Shown in pieces: positions 41,570 through 54,979 of a stretch of DNA of 64,000 nucleotides. Both the position numbers and the translations under genes were made by a program. Source of the stretch: Blasia pusilla (taxonomy: Eukaryota); NCBI GenBank assembly GCA_050084515.1, contig CM114271.1:2542001-2606000 (forward strand). The letters run 5' to 3'. Each line of letters opens with the position of its first letter. Position 1 is the stretch's first letter. The notes under the pieces are model-generated. The model saw only the letters and a list, made by a program, of their open reading frames with translations. It searched no databases and was not told the origin of the DNA.

Positions 41570-43799
41570 GATGGAGGGCGCTTTATCATCGGGGGAGACA
41601 ACACGTGTGATTGTGTCTCCATGTATGCATCTAGCTGCCAAAGTGGATTGGAGGACTCACATCTAAGGCACCTATGTTCAAAATTTTCTCAGTTGGAGCA
41701 ATGCCTTGAGGCAATGATGATTTGGCATGCATCTTGACTGGATGTGGGAGGCCCATCAACTTCTGCATCTACCTATGCACATAATATCATGGGAGATCTA
41801 GGAGTTAGGGGAATTCTCTACAACATCCTAAAGATGGATGTAGATGTAATGGTAACTTGGGGAGAAATGAGGGAGTTTGATCCACAAGAATCCAATATGG
41901 AGTTGGATTGGCAAAAAGGGGAAGATGAAAGGAAGACCACACTTCCTCAATCCTTTACATTGTCATTTTCTCTTTGACCTCATCAACGGTACTTAGACAA
42001 TCTCTTTGTAGTTTTCTTGACTTAGATGCAAATGCAAATACATTTAGAGGAGCGGGTAAGGCAAGTACATCTACATTGCCCATGCCAAATTAAATACACC
42101 TTAGCAATGAATTTATGTAAGGATCCATAATTTTTGGCCATGAACTTAGTGACAATTGGATGAAGCCCAAACAAGGTATTCCATTTGGAGATGAAATTCT
42201 ATAAGAGTGACAATCTCGATTTTTCTTATGCAAAGGTTCACCCAAGAGATGTAATGGACGTTTCCTTAAAGCATATGCTTCGGAAATATTCATAATGACA
42301 TTGAATATTGTAATGGCTAAGGTGGCAAAGATGCTAACTAGCTAGAGCAAGCCATGGTTTTGCAAAGTATGATGATTTTGGACAATCAAGATGGGGATTT
42401 TTAGTTTGTTAGTCTATTTAATTTGGAGTGGTATCTTGATCAAGATGCATTCTACTTGATTCAAGAGCACTTCCTCTTACATTAGGGAATACATGATGCT
42501 TGGCTATGGATTTGAGGAAGTGAAAGATAAAAAAAAATTCATTTCAAATAGAAACATTGAGGATTTGGCATGACCATCCTATGAAAAGAGCAGTGGTACA
42601 AAAGCAAGCAACGTTGACTCCAATCGAGTGATCTGATTTTTTGGTAGACACTACTACATTGTATCCTCTAGGTTTCATACTTGAATTAGGGTGGAAAAAT
42701 TCTCTTATAGATTAAGTTGGTAGTCACATGAGGGATAATCTAGTCAATTCCCCTAGCAGTTTGAAGGGAACTTTGAGCCTTTGACGAATCACCTCAACGG
42801 TTTACCACACAAGTAGTGGCTTATGGTGAAGAGTTATCTTTGCCTAAAGATTACTAGAGGGAATTCCGTCTATTAAATCAGCCCCTTGAATAGACATTTT
42901 GGAACGTTCACACAAAGGGAAATCTTGTAGGGGATGGTTATGAGGATGTTGTTAGGTACAATGACGATTGTATCTACACATATCAGCAATACTTCTTCGT
43001 AATTTTGGGGGATGATCATTGATTTGCAAAGGAATGCCAAAAACCTCATGAGGCATGTATGGAGCGAAGCATATACTCTAGAACAACATGGACAAGAAGT
43101 ACTATATATTCCAACAGAAAATATATTGACATACTTGAATGTAATACTAATAATCTAATCATGCCTTGAGGAGAATAAGCGTATACTAGATATCTTTGAA
43201 TGGATTTGTTGTAATTTGGCTACATTGTTCTAGCTTCATTGATCACTTCATGGGAAATATGAGTTCTTTCACATTTGTAGACTTCCTAGAGATCTTCTCC
43301 AATTTGAATGAGAGATGAGACTTAATTGTTATGAAGTTCTCCTCTGGTAAATTCATATTCTATTAATTATATGCATTGCACATCCAACTACTTCTTTCCA
43401 ATATACTTCAGTATTTACCATAACCTTCAATTTTTTGGGTATATTTTGGTTCTTCTTCTTTGCTTCCAATAAAAAAGCAACTATGACAAAACGGACTGAG
43501 TTGAACCTTATAAGCCACTAAGAGAAAAGTGTAGTTTTTATGATTTAACTATGAATGACTTATCCACAATATTACCTAAACCATAAATCATTTGGATTAT
43601 AAAAGGTTCTAAGAGGACAGGAAACCAAGGAAAATTTTGAAGAGTTTCTCATACGGAGATAAGATCCAACCTCAACATTTATGATATTAAAATTCCCATA
43701 TATCATGAAATATTCAGATCTTGAAATTTTTCCATGGTGTAGGTAATCATGGGGTGAAAATGTCACATATTTTTTCAAAGGAAAAATTTTTTTTCAATT

Positions 43800-46700
43800 T
43801 GAGTTAAAAATAAAATCCTCAATTACGATAAGAATAATTTTATTTTCATTTTTAGACCTAAATTAGCTAATCTGAATCATCCATACTTCTTCAAATATTT
43901 GGTCTCACCTCCCTAAAATTTGTAAGAAAATAGAATGTGCAAAATCAATGTAATACGTTACAAATCTTCAAGATACAAAAGTGGCATAGTCCGTCCGTGC
44001 ACTCACAAAAGAGCTTCGATTGAACCTGATCGTAGAGCTAACTTGACATACGATAATGCGATACCGTTGCGGCTCTCGATTGTTTGACTACTCATGAAAC
44101 TAGGATTTTATACTTATTTGATTAATTTATATTCTTAGAAATGAAGAAAATCTAACCCTATATTGCATCAGGATACGAAGCATTCTGACGTAATATAGGG
44201 TTAGATTAATAAAGGGTACCCTTCACCTGTCAGTGATGCTTACCTATGCTCAAGGCTTTGGTGAAGATGTCTCTACGTTTACCTTGCGTTGGACAATAGA
44301 CTAACTTCAAAACCTCTCTCTCAATCAACGTACGAAAAAAATGATATTGAATCTCTATGTGCTTGGTACGAGCATAAAACACAAGATTATGTGCTATGGA
44401 AATGCAACTCTGATTGTCACAACACACCATAGTACTACTTTCTAGTGTTTCTCCTATGTCTTCCAATATTCATCTCTACCGTACTACTTCACATGAAGCA
44501 CAAAAAGCTGTCATATACTTTGCCTTGGTAGAAGAAAGAGCCAGTGCATGTTGCTTCTTGTTGGCCCATGATACCACACCTGATCCTATCAATTAAGAAG
44601 CAATAATAGAAATAGATTTTTGAGAATCTGATTCTCTTTCCTAATCCGAGTGACAAAATCTGATTATTTTTGTCCCTCCTCCATAGGTGATACCATAATC
44701 CATAGTGCCTTTGATGTACTTCAACACACACATCCCTAACTCCCAATGATTCTCACAAGGATTAGTTCGGAACCTACTTAATACGCCCACATCAAAATGA
44801 TGTTTGGTCTTGTGTTGCACAAAAATATCAAACTTCCCACAAGCTTTCTATACAGATTTTCATATAACAATGATGAAACATTCTCCATTGAAAGTTTAAA
44901 CTCTACCTCCATTGGTGATTTCTCTAGTATACTTTTGCTTAGAGAGAAAAATAGAATCTGACTATTGCCAAATCTCGAGGCCAATAAAGTAATACAAAAG
45001 ACCTAAATCTGATATTTCAAACTCATATTTTAACACTTCTTTCATTTTTTGTATTTTCTTTCTATGGTCTCTTGTGATAATGAGACCATCCACATAAAGT
45101 AAAATCAACATATACATTCCATATTCGCAAAACACATATGATTTGCTTCTAATGGACTCTTGATGAGGCCCCTTTCTTTGAAAAATATATCTATTTGTTC
45201 ATATCATACCCTCGGAGCTTGCCCATACAATGCTCAATGAAGCAAACATGCATTCTCTTCTGGTTTGGGTGTCTTAAAACCTCAGTTTATCCCATGTACC
45301 TTCCGACTTATATTTAATATCGTACACCCACTTGGTACAATTTATCTTCCTATCTTTTGGCTTCTCAACCATTTGATTTCTTTGAACAACATCCATCTCC
45401 ACCTACACGGCCCCTTTCCATTTAGAGTCAGCAAGAGCATCATCCAAGCATGATGGCTCTTCCACTTTCAAGATCTCTGTCATTAAGGCCATGTTGACGA
45501 GATGTGCGGAAGCTTTGTTCTTCTTCTCTAGTCTCTTGGATCTCCTTGGATGTGTAGCTATTTCATCACTTGATCATGAATCCTTGCCATCATAGAGTTT
45601 CTTTATTTACTTAGGGTGTGACGACCGTAGTGGAAGAGCGGGCTAATCTTTGTAATCATCACCAAATTCCTCTTTTTGGTGATTTGGTATAAACATTATT
45701 GATGTGCTTTGATGGGTTGTCTCCTCGTTTGAAGATAATATGGAGGGATCACTAATGTCTACCACTCGACAAGATTTTTTGCGAAACACCACATCATGCC
45801 TCAAAAACATCTTTGCCTCATGACACCATAGATGATAAGCTTTAGACTCATCACTATATCCCATAAAAATACACTTCTTGCTCTTGGAATTAAGCTTGGT
45901 CCTTGATACATCAGGAATACGTACAAACCACTCGCTAGCAAAAATTCGGAAATATTGGACTAATGGTACCTTAATTGACTATGCTTGATGAGGAGTCATG
46001 TCTTGCACTGACTTGGTAGCACTTCTATTTAGAATGTATACGGCGGTATTAAAAACTTGAGCCCAAAAGCCTTTCATCAAACCTTTTGCTTTCATCATAT
46101 ATCTTGCTATCTCCACCACTTTTTGGTTAAGACGCTCAACAACTCCCTTTTTGTGGTGTATTTTTTATGGTTAAATGTCACATGATTCCATGCTCCCCAA
46201 GATATTTTTTTGAATTCTAGTGAGAAGAATTGTCCTCCTCGATCGATGCGAAGCTTATGTACCTTCCTTCCTATCTCATTCTCAAGCAGCTTGTGCCATA
46301 CTTTCAATTTTCCAAAAGCACTTGCCTTATCACAAAGGAAATACACATATCTTCCCAATCGTAAAAAACTAAAAGAAAGTACGGAAAACCACGTAATGCC
46401 ATAATTCCCATTTTACCACACAGGTCGGCATGTATCAGCTCTAGAGGAGCCTTTGCTCTAATGTTGGACTTTTGTGGGAATGCTTGTTAGTGTTGCTTGC
46501 CCATCATACAAGCTTCATATATATCTAACACTCTAGAAATAGTTGATCAATCAGCAACCATGCCACATTTTTGCATTTGACTAAGTAAGGGAAAGCTTAG
46601 GTGACCAAATCTCTCATGCCACAATTTCTTGCTACCAAGATATATATACTTACACTTTTCATGAAGGCATACAACTCGTAGATATTTCCTTGTTGGATGC

Positions 46701-48621
46701 CTTGACCTACTACTTTCCCATCCTCAATGATAGCTCCAGATTTATGAAGCAAACTTCTAAGTTACCGTCACATAATACTGCAACTAAAAGCAAACTTTGC
46801 TTCAACTCTAGTATATACATTAGATCAATTAATTTCTTTTCATCTCCTTTTTGTGAGACTAAAGAAATTATGCATTTCCCTTCTATAAGGCAATTTGAAT
46901 TAATCCCAACAATAACAATAATGGGTTCTTTTAGAGGTTGTAAGGAGCTATATCAATCCTCTTGATTAGTCATACACCTAGATGCTGCACTAATTAGCAT
47001 CCATGCATCTTCACCCTTTGACTTAGTGGAATTTTCTGCTTGTGCGCTAAACTCTTTGGTTACTATCCAAGCATCTATCTCATGTTCTTCCCACGTTTTA
47101 AAAAGATGCAAAAATATTTTGAAAGAATCATGACACACAATATTCCAGATTGTTTAGTAATAATAAATGCAAATCAAAATTCCATGGCTATACTTGAAGC
47201 TTCTAGTACTTCTACAGAATTTCCATATTGTTTCTTGGGCCTTAAACATCCATTCTTCTCATCCTAACTCCTTTTCTATTATCTTTGATAAGATTGCCTA
47301 TCTTACTACAATAGAAGCATTTGAAGGTTTTTTTGGGAAATTTCTTGTTGAAATTTCAAATGTAATCATGATTTCTACCTCTTTTGTGTTGGAAATAAAT
47401 GCGGCATCAATTTTCCCTCTTGCTTTGAGGTGCATTTTCTCTTCTACCAACAATATGCTAAATTGTTCAAAAGTTAGCAGCGTGGCTCTTACTTAAGTAT
47501 TCAAAGTTGTGACAAAAATGCCAAACCTCAGAGATAAAATCCTTTTGCACCAAAGTGCCAGATCTTCATAAGACTTTAAGATTCCTACCAACACCATCTA
47601 ATCTTGAAGATTCTTGATCCTTGTGAAAAATAACTTCGCGCTTTCTCCTTATGAAAATTTCTCAACATGAGTTGATTCTTGAGATTCTGAATCTGAGTCT
47701 CATTCATGGTTTCATATTGGTCCTCTAGAATGTTCCACGCGTAACCAATAGTGTTCGTATGCTGAATGAGAGTCATGAGAGAATCACTTACATTCGTGAC
47801 AATAACATATAGAGCGTCAACGTCTATGCGTTTCTAAGCTAGCAATAGAACATGATCAATATCACCATATGAAGATAAACATGCAGACTCAAAGTAGCTT
47901 GCAGATTCGAATGGACTCCTTTGGCCATCTCCCGAATTTCAAATGATTCAAGGATAGTTCTTATTTAGAAGTTCTAGGGTGTATAATTAGATCCATCTAA
48001 CTTCCCTTCACGAAATAGAGGAGGGTGAGCATGAACTGACAAAGAAGTACGTAGTCCTCTTTCAAGAAAATGCAAAGAAGAGATTGTAACACCAAGGATT
48101 ATATTCCTTTAATCTCAAAACTCTGCAAGAGTATCCTTAACCTCCATGAGACTTTGCAAAATATTTTTAGGAATATTCTAATATTAACATAAATTAAAAA
48201 TTTCAATTTCCATTATATAAGATAACATCTAGAAATAAAGATGTAGTTTATTGAATTATTTAAACCAATTTCATTGCCATTTCCCCAAAATTTTAGGCCT
48301 ATCCAAAAGTTAGGAAAATTTATTAGCCAATCAGAAGAGAAAATAACACACGACGAAGATAAATCATACTCTTTATCATCTTGTAACTATGAAGCTAGTG
48401 TCGAGTAGGTAAAATATTGCCCTTGCTTATTCAAAAAATTGAAAAATTTGAGGGCATATAAATCCAAGCGATGAGTATGGTATCAATTTCTTTAAAGATG
48501 TTTCGAAGTGGAGTAAAAAGAATAAACTTTTACTATGGATAAGAGTTTTGTTTTCTTTTTTTGGACCTAAAGTAGCTAATATAAAATGGTCCAGATATAT
48601 ATTTTCAAATCTTAGGTGACA
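43800..48621 (-). mobile_element. Old, degenerate Ty1/copia LTR retrotransposon
   Basis: Minus-strand order gag (AWNILEDQY), integrase (KLRIDRGGQF; MGYSDESKAYHLW), RT (YRKLVGSLIFLCNTRP), RNase H (CDNQSCISIAHN..ARTKHIEIQYHF). Diverged LTR-like direct repeats at ~43800-43907 and ~48510-48621; PPT-like cctccctaa at 43908-43916. Left LTR limit uncertain. Confidence 0.9.
44149..44207. repeat. 59-nt hairpin with a cGAAg loop
   Basis: aatctaaccctatattgcatcaggatac-gaa-gcattctgacgtaatatagggttagatt. Confidence 0.9.
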
Positions 48622-49639
48622 ACTACCCTAGAAGTGTCAAGGGGATCCAATACTTTAATTTATAAATCCATCTTAGATCTAAGTAAGGCCTTGCGTACTA
48701 GTGTGCTTTAACTAGAACTTCACCCTTGCTAATTTGAAATCACAAAACTTTGCCTTGAAACTTGACCATTAGATGAACATGAAAGTAGTTCCAATGATTC
48801 TATGAAATGAATTTTTTTGCTATTAAATTCAATATACACATGATGGAGGCTCTCTTAGTTTTTATATGAGAGTGATTCCTCGAGTTAAACACGTAAAGAA
48901 ATTATCTTCTTGGGACAATGTTGACTTTCTTTTGCAGTTATTTGTTATGCACAATCTTATGTATCTTAGTATTGTACTTAGGTATTTTTAAGTTCCCTTG
49001 ATTAGATGCCACAAATGCCTAATCAATAAAAAGTGACTTTTTCCCAATTGTCATACGTATCTTGGTTGAAGTTCTAGTAATCTTGTTAGTTGTCATGTTC
49101 TATATCATTACGTGGAACCTATAAGCATCGATATGTTCATATGTAATAGTACTTTTTCTCTTGTGAAAAGGAAATAAAAGTTTCTCTCACTGTACTTAGA
49201 AACTCCACTTCTTGCTATATCATACTTTTGGTCTTATCCTCATGTAGAGGTCCTCAAATAGTCATGTAGAACTTTCAGCCATCATAAACTTGTTCTTCTT
49301 TGTATGTATACTATCTCATTTATTCATCCTAAATCTTCCTAATTTTTCTAATCCTCACCATGTCTTCATCAATTGATATAGAAATTTTAACGAGAAATTA
49401 CTTGCAAGAAAAAATACACTTACTTTTAATCTCCCCTAGTCAATGCACATGTTTTATCACGTTAAATTGGAATCTATTTCCACAAGAAAATTATATCATT
49501 GAAAATAATCTTTTCATATGCTTTCAAAATATTGTGCAAGTTTGTGTGGGAGCTAGTGAGGCGATCTCATCATTATTATACTAGAATGTGAAGTTAAGAA
49601 TGGATGAAGGGGAATTGCTTGTAGATTCTTATATGTATA

Positions 49640-50310
49640 TGCATGTGGTCAAAACTTGGATTTCTATGAAAATTACTAAACCACATTTGAGCAACCAAAT
49701 TAGCTTGGTGAGTTCATTTACGCAAATATCTTAGAGACTTTATTTTGATGTTGTGAGTTGAAATGCTTTTAAGAAAGATTTGTCTTGTCCGTATAGGTAC
49801 ATATTAGCACATTGTTGATATCTCTATCAAGGCATTTTCTAAATATAAGTTTGAGATGTTTAGATACAATTTAGGTACACAGACACATATATGAGCTTGA
49901 GGGGAGTATTGAAGATTGGGTTACAGTTAAATTCCGTGGAGGCACAAACTATTATATTTAGTGTTTATACGAAGTTGGAGATGTGAATCACAATTAGTTG
50001 ATTAAGCATAATTATATTAACTATGATTTGTTAACCAAATGAAGCATAAATAGAGAGTAGGATTAGGGTTCAAGTTTTTGGTACATCATCTATATTGGTA
50101 AGGGAAATAGCCTCCACTCATCCGGACGTATTCATGATCAATCTAAAGAGAAAAACATAAGATGCCTTCGTAAAAAATACCCAATAAGTTCTCTAATTAT
50201 AAAATCTTGTTCTCCTTGATAATGTGTATGAGTACGTGTGAGGTGTTTGTAACGCCTAAAAGTTGCAAGCAGTTATTTAGAAGTCCTAAATTGAGACCAC
50301 ATATTATACA
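49640..50310 (+). mobile_element. Second copia remnant: RNase H end, PPT and probable 3' LTR
   Basis: LVRIGTY*HIVDISIKAFSKYKFEMFRYNLG resembles the QxADIxTKxLxxxxFxxxRxxLG terminus; followed by ttgaggggag-tattg; ends approximate. Confidence 0.6.
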
Positions 50311-53300
50311 ATGCCTTTTCGCCTCCAAACCTCTGTATATATTCTTTTTCTCCTAAATTTTTGATATTTCTCTTCTCACCTTGTAACTTTCTACAGTGGA
50401 GCTAAGTCTTGATTTTTTTTGCATAATTTAATTTGATGATGACATATAACTGAGAAAAAAATTGAGAGTTATATTTTTTCCAAAATTACTCTTTCCAAAA
50501 TACAATAAATTAACGAGAAAAAAATGTATTCCCTAAAAAAATATATGGAAGATATCTAGTCTCCCTTTAAAAAGTGTTTTAAAGATTGGCAAATGAGTCA
50601 AAATTGAAGAAAAAAAAAGAAAAAAAAAGAGCCCAAAAAAAGTTATTTTTAAAGTTTAAAAACCACTATTTTACGAGTCCTTTAAGAGTCCCTCCTAAGT
50701 CCAAAACCCCGACTTTGCGAGTGTAAAAGATCACTACTCAGACTCGCTACTTTATGGCTATTTTGTGATTCTTTTTGCAAGTAAGTTGTGAGTCAATTTT
50801 AGCAACTTGTTTGTGATTGCTCAAACTTATGCGCAAATTATTCAAAAAGCTATGAGTCATTTATTGGTACTATCCAAGTTTTTTGTGACAGATTTGCAAC
50901 TTAATTCCAATTGACTTGCGAGTGTAAGAAAATAAATTTTTAATTTGTGGTGCAATATTGGTATAGTGCAATTATCTTTTGATTATGTTACACCTTCTAC
51001 AACTCACAAACTTGCTCTGAATGTAGTAGTGCCCCCTCTTGCAATATTGGTCCATCTCTTTAGATAATTCTATGAGAAACCAATTGAGATTTTGAGTAAT
51101 GGGTGTTCAATCTATCTTTCCAACCAAATTCTAAAATATTTGAATTTACTAACATACAATTTCTCTCCATTTCTTTCAAATATTACATAACTTGATAAGA
51201 TATTGATCCACGCATTTGATGTCTCGAAATGCTATGAGGAAATTTTCTTCATGAGTATCCTACTCATTTGCAATAATGTTAGTCAAACCAACAAACTATT
51301 GGCTAGCACGTTAGTTTAACAACCCTATAAAGACTCATTTAAAATCCTCTTTAGTTCCTTTAAGACTAAATTTGTGGAGAATTTGTGAGTTTTAGGAGTC
51401 CCAACTCAATTGTACAAGACTTGTAGTAAAATTTTCCTCGACAAAAAAAATTGCAAGCCTCAATTAAAATATGAGTCAAATGGCTCATTTTATTATATTT
51501 GTAATTTGGTTGCTATCTAGTTGTAATTAACTAAAAAATAAATTACAATTGACTTGTAAATCTTGTTGTCTTTAATGCGTCCAAATTTCATGTCTACCTC
51601 GTAACAAAGTTACAAGGAAACTTATAAGAGACTCACAAGTTTTCCAAAATTAGAGACTTCAAAAATAAATTCAAGCATCCAAAAAACATCCATTCAATTT
51701 ATGTGATATTTCAATCAAACAATCAAAAGGATGCAAGAAGGAAGGAAGTTCTACACATATATTTGAATATTTGTACAAAACATTGTTGTGTGATGTTATT
51801 AATACTAGTGTCCCTTATCCTACCTACGCCAATGGCTTGCACCCCATTTATCTTGTATGTGGGGCTACACTGAACATATAGAAGATCGAATGCCCAAAGA
51901 CGTCATAGTGTGTGCCATCCCATATAGCGTTCGTCTTCTCCCAATGGTGGCCCTAATAGCATAAGCTTTGTTTGATCTTGTATGGTAATCATCTCCTTCT
52001 CTAAAGAATATTGAATCATCTCCTTCTCTCAAGGCAGCCAATGTTAAATTCACTTCTCATTTAGCATCATGAATCTGAATGGTCTTCCTTGTAAGAGGAA
52101 AAGCCTAGGTCGATGGCCTAGTTATGAGATGTACGTGGTTCAAGGATAAGAGCGTTAATATGATAATCTAATCATATCGTGCATTAGGATATGGAGCATC
52201 CTAATGGAAAAAAACTCTAAAAAATATTTTGAAATACAACTGATCTTCATTTCATGTTCTACAAATGGTTTAGAATCTAAATCGATATGCTCTCTTTGAT
52301 TAAATTGTTTAAGTCCTTAAGCCTTTACACTTATCATTGGTCTACATACAAAAATAAGAGAGTGACAATGATATAATCTAATTTGGAAAAAAAAAATATT
52401 GGAAGAGAATGACTGACATAGAATTGCCGCTTTATAAGCATTTATAACTTGCCTCCTTCTATCGTTCCTCAAGGAAAGAAAGAAAGAAATAGACTATCTC
52501 TCTGATTAAGATTTTGCACTTCGCCCAAAGGAAGGAAGCTTGTGCATCTGGAAAGTCGTGTTATTGATGATAGATCAAAATTAAGGATAAGTTAATGAAG
52601 AAAAATAATTAGAGCATAAAAATTATGGTGAAGGCACATAAGGAAGATATGAAATAGAGGTTTGCAAATAGAAATATTGTTAATTAGACACATAAGCTTA
52701 CACGTATCCACAAAGAATCCCAAAGGCATTGATGTAGCAATAGATCTTGATCCTTACTAGGGAATTTGTTAGACAAAATCCAAACCAAATCAATTCTTTT
52801 CATTTTTGGAATAGTGAATATATTGAATTTGGCCCATTTTAGAAAGAATTTCCTCCATAACCAAATCAAATCTAGAATGACTTTAGCAAGAGTTTCCCTC
52901 CTTTAAGTGTCAAAATATTTGCATTAATATATTAATCTTTGTCTTTGAAGTTGACCACTCACTCTCGTTGACGGTCATGCACTTCAAAATTTTAGCTTGA
53001 TTAACGATTGAACTTACTTGTTGACAAATATTTGTAGTGGATATGAGAATACATCCTCATAAAAATCATTCCACTCTTCAACATATGAACGTATTTTTAG
53101 GACATGTCGTAAAATTATTGTTGCTCCTCCTTCTTGCTTGAATATTCTTCTCTACATAATTTTTTTTTTAACCAATCTTGCTAAAATTTTATCCATGTAG
53201 CTAATCTCTTGAAGATATCCTTTGTCTTGTCAAGATTTATTTGAGAAAGACGAGACATAAAACCTTTCAAGAGATTCAACCCTAAACCCTCCTTTAGGGT

Positions 53301-53667
53301 ACTTTCCTTCTAAAGACATAAATTATATCCTTTTCATAGCTTTGGGGAAGTTAGACCTTCGAAAACAATTCACTTACCAATCCTATCTTTAAAGGAAGAA
53401 AGAAGTATAACAAACAAGTTAGTTTATATACGCACAAAGAGGTACAAGACAACATGTTGTAACTTTTGTAAGTGAGAAAATATCTTGTAAGGAGGGAGAT
53501 GGATTTGTTTTAATGACATCAAATTTCATTTATAAAATAATTTTACATTCAAATATGCTCATTAATTGCTATTGATATTAATAGATTGCTTACATATAAG
53601 CATGATTGATGATAAAAACACTTTATGGTGAATTGATCGTAGAGCATGTTATGCTAATTTGTCACTT

Positions 53668-53728
53668 ACGGAAAGATTCGAAACTCCGAGTAACAGGATC
53701 AAAACCTGCAGCCTTACCATTTGGCGAC
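53668..53728 (-). pseudogene. trnQ: Plastid-type tRNA-Gln(UUG) fragment lacking most of the acceptor stem (probable NUPT)
   Basis: Minus strand reads gtcgccaaatggtaaggctgcaggttttgatcctgttactcggagtttcgaatctttccgt: D-arm, TTG anticodon loop, TTCGAATC T-loop. Confidence 0.8.
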
Positions 53729-54979
53729 TGAAAAAAAAAGTTGTCGAGATGGGAAGTAAGATTTTCTTCACGGAAGATATTAGCTTCAAATAAAAGACAA
53801 TATTTAAATTAGACTAACCTCATTTGGTGTATTTACTCATATGGAACATAAATTCATTTGTATTCTTATATTCAACCCAAAGGAAATCTTCTTATTACAA
53901 AATGACTTATAGGGGTTACCATTTCCTTCTTTTGTCTTTTCTCTTACCCGATCTTTAGGATTGGTTACAAGATAGACTAAAACACATGGATTGCATTTGC
54001 TCATTGAAATTGTTTCTTATATCTATTCTTTTTCTTCTATAGGGGCTAAACCTTCAGAAGAATGCTCTATATCCCCAACATAAGTGGAACCGAAAGTGTC
54101 CATTCATCTTTGAAGTTTTACAATCAAGTGAGTGGATTTCACTACTAGACGCGTGTTGATTAGAAAGACTAGGAAGGAACCATGCTTGAATCATCAATAT
54201 CTCATATCTTTCTCATTGAGGGTATCACCAAGACCACGATCTCATCTATTTATGAGTTTACAGTGAAAACGACTATGAGATTAAGAGACCAAAATGGAAA
54301 AAAATGTGGATAAAAGTTTATGTTGCAAGGCATAAAATTTATAGGGACAAGTGAGGGGGATGAGTTACATGGAGGGTGATAGAGGGGCGAGGGACAAGAG
54401 GGAATAGGTGATAGAGGTTGGGGTGGTTATATTAAAAGGTAGGTTTTTTTGGTGGATAAAAAGGTTGAGATTAGGAAAACGAAAGTAAAAGTATCTATGT
54501 GCTTACTAGTCAATTTGGTTTCATAATTATGCTAAATGAGTGAATATCCCATGTCATGCTTGAGATTAATCATAATTCATACAAATTCCTAAAAGAAAAC
54601 CTCCCCCTAACAGATTTTCTTATAGCCCTATTATGCTGTGTCAATCAAATAGGTGTGAAAATCAAGAAGGTATTCTCCCATAATTATATATATGGAGGTG
54701 GATGAGAAAAATGAGGAAATTTTGATTTCCCATGTTTTCATCCTCTCTCATATAAACTATCATTTTTTTCTCATAATTTCACTTCTCTCTTACTCTCTCC
54801 CAACTTCTTTGTAGAAATTTTTTTCCACATAGATAGTTGAAGTTGGTAAGAGGTAATGTGTTTTGCCACTAGATAATCCTAATAATATCGATATATCTTA
54901 ATAATCTATAATTTGCGTATATTTTATGGGTTAATAAATTGATTGTCATATTTGTGTAATCATTATGAATTATCTAAAT

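Noticed and set aside
41343..41666. ORFs with (RE)n or (SL)n tracts
   Set aside because: Translation artefacts of the AG microsatellite.
41690..43200. Possible LINE 3' region
   Set aside because: TE-like composition, but no motif I can support.
50732..51031. cactact...agtagtg as a CACTA mini-element
   Set aside because: Only a 7-bp TIR, and the 3-bp flanks differ (gat/ccc).
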